Shown: positions 9,090 through 17,921, counted from the stretch's first letter. The stretch is 64,000 nt of DNA from Prochlorococcus sp. AG-679-M23 (GCA_003208875.1 QCUR01000006.1:1-64000), one strand, 5' to 3'. The notes: a model not told the origin generated them from the letters alone. A program made the numbers and translations.

Positions 9090-9257
9090 CTATAAAAAAA
9101 TATTTTCTTTTTTAAGCTTGTTCTTCAATTCTATTGGCATATATGAAATATCTTTTTTAATTGCTTTAATAGCCTCTGAGTACTTTTTTTTATCAGACAA
9201 AAGCATTTTTATTAAATTGTATTGGCTTTCGATCTCTTTAGAAGAAAAATTAGCCAT
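9090..9257 (-). CDS. 55-aa hypothetical protein
   Basis: MANFSSKEIESQYNLIKMLLSDKKKYSEAIKAIKKDISYMPIELKNKLKKENIFL. Confidence 0.6.
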   Translation of the reverse strand: MANFSSKEIESQYNLIKMLLSDKKKYSEAIKAIKKDISYMPIELKNKLKKENIFL

Positions 9258-9321
9258 GTAATAATTAAGTGTATTTCTTTTTATTTTAGGATGTTTGTCA
9301 ATGACTTTTAATATCTATATT

Positions 9322-9486
9322 TTATGATAGTTTTCTAGTCCCTCCATAAGAATATTGATCTTCTTTAGAAATAATATCCCAACATTTTTTACAGCAGAAA
9401 ATCCATTTTGGGTGATTAATAGATTTAACTCTAAAATGAATCTTGCCTGACTTCTTACAAATATCGCAATCTTTTTTGGTCATCAT
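9322..9486 (-). CDS. 54-aa CxxC/CxxC zinc-ribbon-like microprotein
   Basis: MMTKKDCDICKKSGKIHFRV...WIFCCKKCW...YSYGGTRKLS. Confidence 0.75.
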   Translation of the reverse strand: MMTKKDCDICKKSGKIHFRVKSINHPKWIFCCKKCWDIISKEDQYSYGGTRKLS

Positions 9487-9721
9487 TTTAGTTTTATTTT
9501 TTGGCGTCTTTTAGTTTGATAATACTAAATTATCAATTTCAATTTCATCTTTAGCCTTGGTAGCAAGTCCAAGATGAATGGTTTTATTTAAAATTTATTT
9601 GTTCTATGAAGTGAGAAAAAAAAAAGAATCATTAAAGCTTTTTATTGATAAATTCACAGGATATGAATATTTGCTATTGCAATTAATTTAGATATTTGTT
9701 TTATTAAAAAAAAATGAAGTA

Positions 9722-9841
9722 ATGACTTCCAAAATGTTAGCAAGAAATTGCGATTGTACTCATTGCAAACAAAAATTGGAACAAATAAGTCGTTCAAAAG
9801 TTTATTGGGATAAGTTAATTAGTAATAAATTGAATGCTTAA
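9722..9841 (+). CDS. 39-aa microprotein with CxCxxC
   Basis: MTSKMLARNCDCTHCKQKLEQISRSKVYWDKLISNKLNA. Confidence 0.55.
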   Translation: MTSKMLARNCDCTHCKQKLEQISRSKVYWDKLISNKLNA

Positions 9842-9956
9842 ATTTTTCTTAGTACTTGAATTTCTATAAAATAAGGAAACATATTAAATAAAAATACCAA
9901 AGTAATTACAGCAATATTAAATATCAAGCTTAAATTTTTGGAGTTTAGATTCGTTT

Positions 9957-10058
9957 TTATCGAGCTTTTTTATTATTACGGTAGATTTTATTCTCTCGAT
10001 TAAATAGCCATAAAATAGCAATTATACAAAAAGGAATAAGAATGAAATCTAAGGACAT
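9957..10058 (-). CDS. 33-aa TM microprotein
   Basis: MSLDFILIPFCIIAILWLFNRENKIYRNNKKAR. Confidence 0.5.
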   Translation of the reverse strand: MSLDFILIPFCIIAILWLFNRENKIYRNNKKAR

Positions 10059-10261
10059 ATTCAATTTAATCTATATCCTTTTTTAGCAAGATTATTTCAT
10101 CTTGACAGGAAAGTTTCTAAAAAAATTAAATCCTGATGTACAAGGTCTTATTCAACAACTTTTTTAAAGTGCTAATCAATGCCTTATCTAAATCTTTTTT
10201 ATTTAAAATCAAAAAACTGTTGATTTGTTATTTTACAAACTGAGTATTATTAGTAAAAAAT

Positions 10262-10361
10262 TAAAAAGAGCTTGCTCGCATCCCTACTAGCAAACTCTCA
10301 TGACGATTTAGTTAAATTCAGATTGACTGAGCTTAACCAGCTAAGCACTTCCTAAATGCTT
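10262..10361 (-). ncRNA. Candidate ~100-nt sRNA (Yfr-type, family not assigned)
   Basis: TATAAT at 10373-10368, GC-richer noncoding body with short hairpins, terminal stem GAGTTTGC/GCAAGCTC plus U-run. Confidence 0.65.
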
Positions 10362-10374
10362 GCTCTTATTATAG

Positions 10375-10409
10375 TAAGTAAAAATACTTAGCGTGAGTAT
10401 AAATACTCA
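10375..10409. promoter_or_regulatory. Two adjacent palindromic operators TAAGTA-AAAA-TACTTA and TGAGTA-TAAA-TACTCA
   Basis: Perfect arms, 3 bp apart, directly upstream of the sRNA -10 box. Confidence 0.7.
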
Positions 10410-10469
10410 AGCTGGTTTGTGCTAGGTTTAGATGATTACTCTATGTATCTATTAATAAGTGATAATTCA

Positions 10470-10604
10470 TTAGCTCCAAGTTAGATTAGAAAAAAAGAAA
10501 TACCAAATAAAGACTATTGAATTAAGAACAAATATTATACCTAGAAAAATATATGCAAATTTTTTACCTATAAAAGCTGTTTCAGGTTCAAGTTTTACTC
10601 TCAT
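10470..10604 (-). CDS. 44-aa TM microprotein
   Basis: MRVKLEPETAFIGKKFAYIFLGIIFVLNSIVFIWYFFFSNLTWS; AGGA upstream. Confidence 0.65.
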   Translation of the reverse strand: MRVKLEPETAFIGKKFAYIFLGIIFVLNSIVFIWYFFFSNLTWS

Positions 10605-11130
10605 TTTGTATCCTAAATTTCTTAATAAATCTATCACCTTTCAAAATTAAAAAATTTTCCTTGTATTATTTACCCTAATTTAAAATCCAAAATTTAAAAA
10701 ATTAGAACTTACATAAGAACCAAAATTAAATTTGTAGAAAGGCATCATATCCCTAAATATCTTTCAGTATTTTTTGTCCCTTTTAATATATTTCTTATTC
10801 TGAAACAAAATGCATTATTGGTGGCTGGGATAATATCTCAAGATTTTTTTATTTTATTCAAAATAAATTTTAAGCTAGAACTCAATCTAAGAATGCTAGT
10901 TAAAGTTTTTGAATTAAAATCACGACCTAAAGATATTGACTGAAATCTTTATTGGTTAACTGATTAATAACTTTATCCAACCATTCGGTATTGGTTTCAG
11001 TTTTTTTTATTTTTTGATTTTTCTTTCTTGTATGCATGAATTTTCCTCAAATAAAAATTAAATTTAATTTAGGGTAAAACTATTAAAAATCAAGAGCCTA
11101 AATTTACAAGTTTACGTATAAAAGTTAATT

Positions 11131-11280
11131 TTAGTCGCAATAGAAAAGGCATTCTTTTTTAGAGGGATGCTCTTTGCACTCTTCAGCCCAATAATCTTTG
11201 TTAGGTAAAAATGATGATAAATCAGCCTCCGAATAAATTTTATTTTTTGGAAGAATTTTGAAAGTGTCATTTAATGCCAT
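11131..11280 (-). CDS. 49-aa microprotein with a CP12-type C-terminal motif
   Basis: ...DYWAEECKEHPSKKECLFYCD: C-x3-P-x4-C-x2-Y-x-D; GAGG upstream. Confidence 0.7.
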   Translation of the reverse strand: MALNDTFKILPKNKIYSEADLSSFLPNKDYWAEECKEHPSKKECLFYCD

Positions 11281-11625
11281 GATTAAAACCTCTTTTATTA
11301 ATGAAAATAAGGAATCTCTTCTGATTTTTTAGTTTTATAAGAGAAAATACCAAATTGCATACATTATTTGTATGTAAGGATTTTTATAAGACACGCTTAA
11401 AAGCTACTTCTTTTAATACTGTTGTTTATAACTTTTCTTAGTTTGAGTAAGTCTAGCTCTAAGATAGGTTAATAAAATTAGCCAGAATACAATCTCCAAT
11501 CCGATGTTGGTCATCTGATTTCCCTCCAATTATTTGATTTGACTTTAATATGATTTTTATTATTCCGATAGAGTTTTTATACTGATTAAAAACCCAATTA
11601 TATTGAGGTTTTATACCTATTTTTT

Positions 11626-11739
11626 CTATATCCCGTCTTGATCTTCACCGAAAGGATTATATTTAATATCCCAAATTAAGACTACTGCAGTTGATAAAAT
11701 TAGTAAGGCAAAAACTACTTGAGGCGGAGGATAAATCAT
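11626..11739 (-). CDS. 37-aa TM microprotein
   Basis: MIYPPPQVVFALLILSTAVVLIWDIKYNPFGEDQDGI. Confidence 0.6.
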   Translation of the reverse strand: MIYPPPQVVFALLILSTAVVLIWDIKYNPFGEDQDGI

Positions 11740-11859
11740 TTATCGATTCATCATATAAGCAATAAAACCAGAAAAGGTAAGAAGCTTAAAAGTAATAAAA
11801 AATGGCATGATCTTTTGAATTTTTAAGCCAAAAGGTAAAAATTTATTAATAGCATTCAT
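11740..11859 (-). CDS. 39-aa hydrophobic microprotein
   Basis: MNAINKFLPFGLKIQKIMPFFITFKLLTFSGFIAYMMNR; stop abuts the next ATG. Confidence 0.45.
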   Translation of the reverse strand: MNAINKFLPFGLKIQKIMPFFITFKLLTFSGFIAYMMNR

Positions 11860-12044
11860 ATTTTTTGTATCATTTCGATAATACTAACCAAATTTTTTAC
11901 AAAAGAGAAAATAAATTCATGTTCTAATTTTCTTAATTCTGATTATTAAAAAAAGAATATTATTGAAGTAATTAATTAAGATAAAAACACAAAAAAATCA
12001 GATTGAATTTGACAGTCTGGTTTGTAAAATTTTATTTGAAAACT

Positions 12045-12185
12045 TTAGATAAATCCAGGAATAATTTGTCCTGTAGTTAGATATGCTCCAATTAATGCAA
12101 CGAAGCCCATCATGGCAAATCTACCATTTAGTTTTTCAGCTACAATTTTTTCTTTTTCTACTAATTTTGTTTTGTTGTTCTTCAT
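12045..12185 (-). CDS. hli: High-light inducible protein (46 aa)
   Basis: MKNNKTKLVEKEKIVAEKLNGRFAMMGFVALIGAYLTTGQIIPGFI; ATG overlaps the upstream hli stop (TAATG). Confidence 0.95.
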   Translation of the reverse strand: MKNNKTKLVEKEKIVAEKLNGRFAMMGFVALIGAYLTTGQIIPGFI

Positions 12186-12292
12186 TAGAACCAACCAGGA
12201 ATGATTTGCCCAGTTGTAACGTAAGCACCTACTGCTGCTACGAAACCTAACATAGCTGCCCAACCATTAAAACGTTCTGCTTCAGGAGTCAT
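12185..12292 (-). CDS. hli: High-light inducible protein (35 aa)
   Basis: MTPEAERFNGWAAMLGFVAAVGAYVTTGQIIPGWF. Confidence 0.95.
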   Translation of the reverse strand: MTPEAERFNGWAAMLGFVAAVGAYVTTGQIIPGWF

Positions 12293-12465
12293 TTTTAATA
12301 AATAAAGTTATGTTAACAAATATAACACATGTATTTATTTTTGTAAATAATTACACCTAATTGATAGAATTCTGGATCATTGAGATACATATCTGTCACG
12401 TTAATGTCTCAACTATTTCAAATGCCTCTATTTTCTGACCAAGGGTTACGATGCTCCTTTTAAAA

Positions 12466-12594
12466 TTAAGACTTCTCATCAAATTTAGTTTGAAGTTTTG
12501 CCGCCTTATGCAATAAACCTACTGCTTCTTTTCTTCCAGTTGCTATGGATGCTTGATGCAATAAATCTGCGTACTTTTTGTTTAATTTTTTCAT
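12466..12594 (-). CDS. 42-aa helical microprotein
   Basis: MKKLNKKYADLLHQASIATGRKEAVGLLHKAAKLQTKFDEKS; similar to 32402-32530. Confidence 0.7.
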   Translation of the reverse strand: MKKLNKKYADLLHQASIATGRKEAVGLLHKAAKLQTKFDEKS

Positions 12595-13121
12595 TTAATT
12601 TGTAATATTATAAATTCAGGATTGATAAGGAAAAATAAGCATTCATATTTAATCAAAAGATAGATCAAAAAAACTTATATTTCTGAAAGTTTGACTCTAG
12701 CAATTAGTATTCACATTAGAAATTCTTTAGCTTTGTCAATATTAATTAATCTTATCTCTGCCTGAGATATATACATAATACCATTAATTAACTTATAACC
12801 GTGATTTGAGTTAACGTTAATTATTTTATGGTCAAAAATTTAATAGATCTCTAAAGATTTAAAACGTAGCAACAAACTTTTTTAATTATTATTTAATACA
12901 TAAACGAATCTATTTAAATATTGAAAGAACATCGGCAACAGTTTAAAGAAATATAGTTTAAATTTATATTGATTGTGTTTCAGGAGCCTTTTTTTATATT
13001 CTTTTTTTTCTTTTTATTTAGTAACCAAAATCTTGCACTTTATTATTTATAAAAATAATTTTAAGCAGCTTTATTTATTAAAAGAAATCCTCATTTAATA
13101 TAAATTTTAACTAATATTATG

Positions 13122-13160
13122 AAAAGAGTCAGCTAGTAGGGATACAGGCTGACTCTTTTT
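13122..13160 (+). ncRNA. Stand-alone hairpin/terminator homologous to the 3' stem of the 10262-10361 sRNA
   Basis: AAAAGAGTCAGC-TAGTAGGGATACAG-GCTGACTCTTTT, 12-bp perfect stem. Confidence 0.55.
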
Positions 13161-13307
13161 ATTTAGTATTCTTTCTTTTAAAATCTCTTTAATAATTAAC
13201 TAAAAGCAGTCTAATATTTTAATAAATTTCTATTCTTTAAAACTAGGATAAATACTCTTTTACTTTTAGAAAATAATTGCTATTAATAAATTAGATAAAA
13301 AAAAGTT

Positions 13308-13472
13308 ATGTCATTTACTACTTACTATATGCATTTGATTTTCGCTAGCATTCCATCATTATTCAAATCTGATTTGATACTTTATATTTTACCAATTTTA
13401 ACTGCTTCAATATTGTTCTTTAGCTTCAAAATAATGTTTTATAAAGCTCCAAAATTGAGAAGAGCTAAATAA
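13308..13472 (+). CDS. 54-aa TM microprotein
   Basis: MSFTTYYMHLIFASIPSLFKSDLILYILPILTASILFFSFKIMFYKAPKLRRAK; ends 8 bp before the DUF938 gene. Confidence 0.55.
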   Translation: MSFTTYYMHLIFASIPSLFKSDLILYILPILTASILFFSFKIMFYKAPKLRRAK

Positions 13473-13480
13473 AAACTATT

Positions 13481-14104
13481 TTGGATAATAGACTTTTCTT
13501 TCCTGCAACTGAGAGAAATAAAGATTCCATAGCAGAAGTATTATCAAGCATTCTTCTAAAAAAAGGTTATATTTTAGAAATTGGTAGCGGTAGTGGAGAG
13601 CATGCAATTAAATTTCAAAAATGCTTCCCAGAATTAACTTGGCAATCAAGCGATCCGGAACTTGTTCATCGAAAGAGTATTAGTTCTTGGATTGAACATG
13701 AAGAATTAAACTTTAAAATGCCTCAACCTTTAGATATTGATGTAGAGAAAATTCCTTGGGAAATACCAGCTGAATTACTGAATTCTATTCAAGGAATAAT
13801 ATCTATCAATATGATTCATATAGCATCCTGGAACTGTACAAAATCACTGTTTAACGAATCTGGCAATTTATTAAAAAAGGGACAATTTTTGATGTTATAT
13901 GGGCCATTTAAAATAGGTGGTAAGCACACTAGTCAAAGCAATGAATTATTTGATACTTCCTTAAAAATGCAAAACGAATCTTGGGGTGTTAGAGATTTAG
14001 GAGAAGTTAGTGAAGAAGCTAAAAAGAATGATTTTATTGAAGAGGAGCTTATTCGTATGCCTTCTAATAACTTTTCGGTAATTTACAGGAAAGGTTCTTT
14101 ATAA
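13481..14104 (+). CDS. DUF938 SAM-dependent methyltransferase
   Basis: PATERN, LEIGSGSGEH, WQSSD, NMIHI, LYGPF, MPSNN. Confidence 0.9.
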   Translation: MDNRLFFPATERNKDSIAEVLSSILLKKGYILEIGSGSGEHAIKFQKCFPELTWQSSDPELVHRKSISSWIEHEELNFKMPQPLDIDVEKIPWEIPAELLNSIQGIISINMIHIASWNCTKSLFNESGNLLKKGQFLMLYGPFKIGGKHTSQSNELFDTSLKMQNESWGVRDLGEVSEEAKKNDFIEEELIRMPSNNFSVIYRKGSL

Positions 14105-14236
14105 AAGGATTATGAATAATTTTTTTCTGTAAGATTTTTATAAATTAAAAATTCATGAATTCAAATTACACACTTTCTCAATCTATTAATATATATAATT
14201 ATTTTTTCAGCAGTTTTAATATGTTTTAAAAAGAAA

Positions 14237-14398
14237 TTATATTGATAACTGTCTGCTCCATTCTTTATGTTTCGCATCTAAGTCTGATACTTTATCTCCT
14301 AAACTTAATTGCTTTTCTAATAATTGCACTTTGGTAAGTGTTACTTCCTCAGAATAAAACTTGATTGGTTGCTTACCGTGTAAGTTGTCTCCGCTCAT
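14237..14398 (-). CDS. 53-aa hypothetical protein
   Basis: MSGDNLHGKQPIKFYSEEVTLTKVQLLEKQLSLGDKVSDLDAKHKEWSRQLSI. Confidence 0.6.
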   Translation of the reverse strand: MSGDNLHGKQPIKFYSEEVTLTKVQLLEKQLSLGDKVSDLDAKHKEWSRQLSI

Positions 14399-14512
14399 AA
14401 CTACAAAAATAGAATCAATTGCAATTAAGTATTTAAGATAAAAAAGACTTAATTTCTAATTCTTTTATATTATTTTCAGATTTACGTAAATTAATGTGAT
14501 ATTAGATTAGTT

Positions 14513-15691
14513 TCAATAAGTTGTTTTAATCTTTTTTTTGTAAGAGGATTGCCAAATATATCTTCCTTCATCAACATCTGATTTAACCGCAATACAATTA
14601 CAAGCAATATTCCATAGAGCTTTATGTATTGGATCGGGATTAAAAAGATAGGCTTTATTGAATGCTTTTCTTATTGCAAGAGTAGCCTTGGTAGCATGAT
14701 AGTGAGGAATAGTTGGGCATACATGATGAACTACGTGACTTGAACCAATATTATGATGAAGAATATTAATAATCTTCCCATAAGGCCTATCAATTGAAAG
14801 AAAGGCTCCTCTCATAAAAGAAAATTCTGAATTAGAGAGGTGTGGAACGTCTGAATCTGTATGGTGAAGCCAAGTATATATAACTAACCAACAATTAACT
14901 ACTAATAAAGGTCCTACATACATTCCAATTATTGGAAAGAATCCAATTTTGATAATAAAAATAATAAGTCCAATTATTACTGCAGCTACACCAATATCTG
15001 AAATCCAAACTTTTTTAGCCCATACAGCAGGCCACAATGTTTTAGAAAAAGGTTTTCTTGGCCAAAAATGATTTGAAGTTCCATATTTGAGACCACCTGT
15101 ACTTCCAGATAATAAGTAAGCAGGCCAACCAAAAATAAGATGTAGAACCAATTGGAGAATTCCATACTTAGTTTTGCCTAATTTACTTGAGAAAGATAGT
15201 TCCTTTTCACCTCCAACTTTTTCGCTAATTCCATTCCCATCAATAACTATGGGCACGTGAGTTTCTCCATTAGTTATATGATTGGTGAAACGATGATGGA
15301 CTGCATGTGAACGTTGCCAAGAGAAATACGGAACTAATAATAATGAATGAAGTAAATATCCAGTAATGGTTTCCAAAGTTTTATTTTTTGAGAAGGCTCC
15401 ATGACCACATTCATGGGCAATTACCCAAAAACCCATAGCAGTGGTTCCTGATAAAAGTGCATAAAGGATCCAAATCGGGATCATTCTTTGACTAAAAGGA
15501 ATTGTTAATCCTATTGCGACAACAATTGCCTGAATAATGATTGATTGTAAAAGATAGCCTAATGAAGTTATTGTTTGAGATTTAAAGCATTTATTTGGAA
15601 TAACACTTTGAAACTCTTTCATGCTTGGAATATCACTCATCTTTATTGAAAGTGCTTGACCTTTAAGGCCAGAAAATTTAATATCGCTCAA
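14513..15691 (-). CDS. desA: Delta-12/omega-6-type fatty acid desaturase
   Basis: His boxes HECGH, HAVHH, HVVHH; VPYFSW, IDRPYG, IPHYHA. Confidence 0.9.
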   Translation of the reverse strand: MSDIKFSGLKGQALSIKMSDIPSMKEFQSVIPNKCFKSQTITSLGYLLQSIIIQAIVVAIGLTIPFSQRMIPIWILYALLSGTTAMGFWVIAHECGHGAFSKNKTLETITGYLLHSLLLVPYFSWQRSHAVHHRFTNHITNGETHVPIVIDGNGISEKVGGEKELSFSSKLGKTKYGILQLVLHLIFGWPAYLLSGSTGGLKYGTSNHFWPRKPFSKTLWPAVWAKKVWISDIGVAAVIIGLIIFIIKIGFFPIIGMYVGPLLVVNCWLVIYTWLHHTDSDVPHLSNSEFSFMRGAFLSIDRPYGKIINILHHNIGSSHVVHHVCPTIPHYHATKATLAIRKAFNKAYLFNPDPIHKALWNIACNCIAVKSDVDEGRYIWQSSYKKKIKTTY

Positions 15692-16115
15692 ATTATTATG
15701 GGTTAGGATTTAGTTTTTAATAAATTTTAGTTTATATGATTAATTATCCATCAAAGACTCTTTTTATGAAAGTAATATGTAGTTTCAAATATTCAAATAG
15801 TATTAATTTGGACAAGTTTTTGAAAATTAATTAACATTTTTAAATCTTCATAGGTTGTAAATTATTAGTAAATAAATAATAAAAATTATTTTATGACAAT
15901 CAATAAAACTAAATATAGAAATAAAGTAGAAGTAATCGCGAAGGCAGAAAGAGGTAAGATTAAACCAGTATTTAGCCATCTAAAAAATCTAATTTTTCTG
16001 TTAATTACTTTTACCATTTTTTAAAAAGGGTTAATCTAAACTTATTGAAGCACCAAGGCTTCAACAAATAAACTTAATAAATTTCAGTAACAAAAAAATA
16101 TTTAATATTTCCAAT

Positions 16116-16754
16116 TTAAAATAAGTTCATCTGATCAGTAGGCTTCTTATTAATTTCTTCCGTTATCCATCCAGAAGATGACCATCCCAACATTAAGGCT
16201 ATTAACCCTTTTAATTCATGAGCATCCTTAACCTGTTCAGTCCATTGTTCTTCGTATCCATTAGGAACAATAACTGGCATACGATGATGTAAAGGTTTCA
16301 CTAAATTATTTGGTTCAGTTGTTAAAACACAGCAACTTTCTAACTCTGCTCCATCAGGTGAAGACCATTTACTCCAGATCCCTCCTAACCAAAAAGTTTC
16401 GTAATTCTCTTTCCTAATACGATAGTTTTTTTCAAAAAAACCACTTGCTGGTATTAAACATCTTTTATGTTTCCAACTTCCACTAAATAATTTTTTCTCT
16501 TCCACAGTTTCTGATCTCGCATTAAATGGTCTGGGTCTTGTCTTATCAAAAGGATCTTTAGCCCAAGGTGATATAAAACCCCATGACATAAAAGTTGTCT
16601 TAATTTTTCCTTCATTCTTAATTACAAGGACTGGATCAGTAGGTCTAATTAAATTCTGTGTCTCGTATTTATTATCAAGCCCACTTGGATAGTCTTGTTT
16701 TAAAACTTTTGGTAACTTATCAAATTTAGTTTTAAGTTCAAATCTTCCGCACAT
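16116..16754 (-). CDS. SRAP / SOS response-associated peptidase (YedK/HMCES family)
   Basis: MCGRF N-terminus, FNARSET, RCLIPASGFFE, HHRMPV. Confidence 0.93.
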   Translation of the reverse strand: MCGRFELKTKFDKLPKVLKQDYPSGLDNKYETQNLIRPTDPVLVIKNEGKIKTTFMSWGFISPWAKDPFDKTRPRPFNARSETVEEKKLFSGSWKHKRCLIPASGFFEKNYRIRKENYETFWLGGIWSKWSSPDGAELESCCVLTTEPNNLVKPLHHRMPVIVPNGYEEQWTEQVKDAHELKGLIALMLGWSSSGWITEEINKKPTDQMNLF

Positions 16755-16807
16755 ATTAAATATCAGTGTTTGGTTTTTAAATTTTATTGGAAATTTATTT
16801 GATTGAT

Positions 16808-17485
16808 TTAAAATCCTTTATATAACTTTAAATAATAAATAATTTCTGATAACTCATTAATTTTTTGAATTTTTTCTTGGTTAAATTCATTTATTAATTT
16901 ATTTAGTATCCCAATATCTTTGGAAAAAAACATTAAATTACATTCCGCTTTTAGTCCTGAGATAGATCCTGCATATGAGTCTTCTATAACCCAAGATTTC
17001 CTTGGATCTACATCTAATAATTTTAATGCTCTTAAATAGGGATCAGGAGAAGGCTTGCCATTAGAAATGAACTTATCATCTCCAAGAACCTTTGTTTTGA
17101 ATAAATTTAACCAGGGATTTACAGAGCTTTTGATTTTAAAACTTTCACTACTACTACTTGTTACTAAAGCAATAGGTAATTTTGTATTTATACAAAAATT
17201 GATTAATTCTATTGCTCCCTTAAAAGGTTTTGCTCTAGTCAGTACTTTATCTACTTTTAATTTTTGAATAATGAGTAATTCTTCTAATGGGTTTTCTTTA
17301 TTTATCCATTTAAGGACTTTTTTTGCACAATCTATTCTCCTTCTTCCTTTTAATTCTAATAATTTATCGATTGATAAAGAGTGATTATATTCTTTTGCGG
17401 TTTCACTCCAGGCATTAGCTAGTAATGGTTCTGTATCTAATAGAACACCATCTAAATCAAAAAGAATTGCTTCTGGGAATTCCAT
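16808..17485 (-). CDS. HAD-superfamily phosphatase
   Basis: FDLDGVLLDTE, VTSS, GKPSPDPY, IEDS. Confidence 0.92.
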   Translation of the reverse strand: MEFPEAILFDLDGVLLDTEPLLANAWSETAKEYNHSLSIDKLLELKGRRRIDCAKKVLKWINKENPLEELLIIQKLKVDKVLTRAKPFKGAIELINFCINTKLPIALVTSSSSESFKIKSSVNPWLNLFKTKVLGDDKFISNGKPSPDPYLRALKLLDVDPRKSWVIEDSYAGSISGLKAECNLMFFSKDIGILNKLINEFNQEKIQKINELSEIIYYLKLYKGF

Positions 17486-17635
17486 CTTTGTTGAAATATC
17501 TTAGATAAACTATTATTTAATATAGTCTTTTTTTATTTCGATATTTAATTACTTTTTGTCTTTCAATAATAATATTTTAGAAATCTGGATTGATTTTATA
17601 AGCCTCGAACGTATCTTTTAGGAGGCAATGATTCC

Positions 17636-17728
17636 TTACGTGGCTTTACTAATATTGGCAAAATAATAACTCCGACAGTAAAAACACATATTGGAGCAAC
17701 AACCATGAGTATAGATTCTAGAGACATG
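17636..17728 (-). CDS. 30-aa TM microprotein
   Basis: MSLESILMVVAPICVFTVGVIIFANISKAT. Confidence 0.55.
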   Translation of the reverse strand, partial: HVSRIYTHGCCSNMCFYCRSYYFANISKAT

Positions 17729-17921
17729 AATTTATTTTCAAATTTATCTTACAAATAGCAGTATTTATTTTTTTAGTCATGCGTATTTATATCTAATAAG
17801 GCTATATCTTTACAACTTTTTATATTGTTAAGCAAAAGCGAAAAAAAGATTAAATATGATAAGTTCTTTAGATTTATATCCTAGATAACACCTAGTAAAT
17901 TTTAATTGAGGAATTATTTTT

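Noticed and set aside
12045..12263. 72-aa ORF called by the track
   Set aside because: Its N-terminal extension is an off-frame reading of the upstream 35-aa hli; the better start is ATG 12185
12301..12360. HLR1 (RpaB) or NtcA site upstream of the hli pair
   Set aside because: TTACA/TAACA-like half-sites occur but not at the canonical spacing, and TGTA-N6-TACA is not N8
15860..16030. Overlapping 43-50 aa ORFs on both strands upstream of desA
   Set aside because: No motif, SD or paralog to decide which strand, if either, is real
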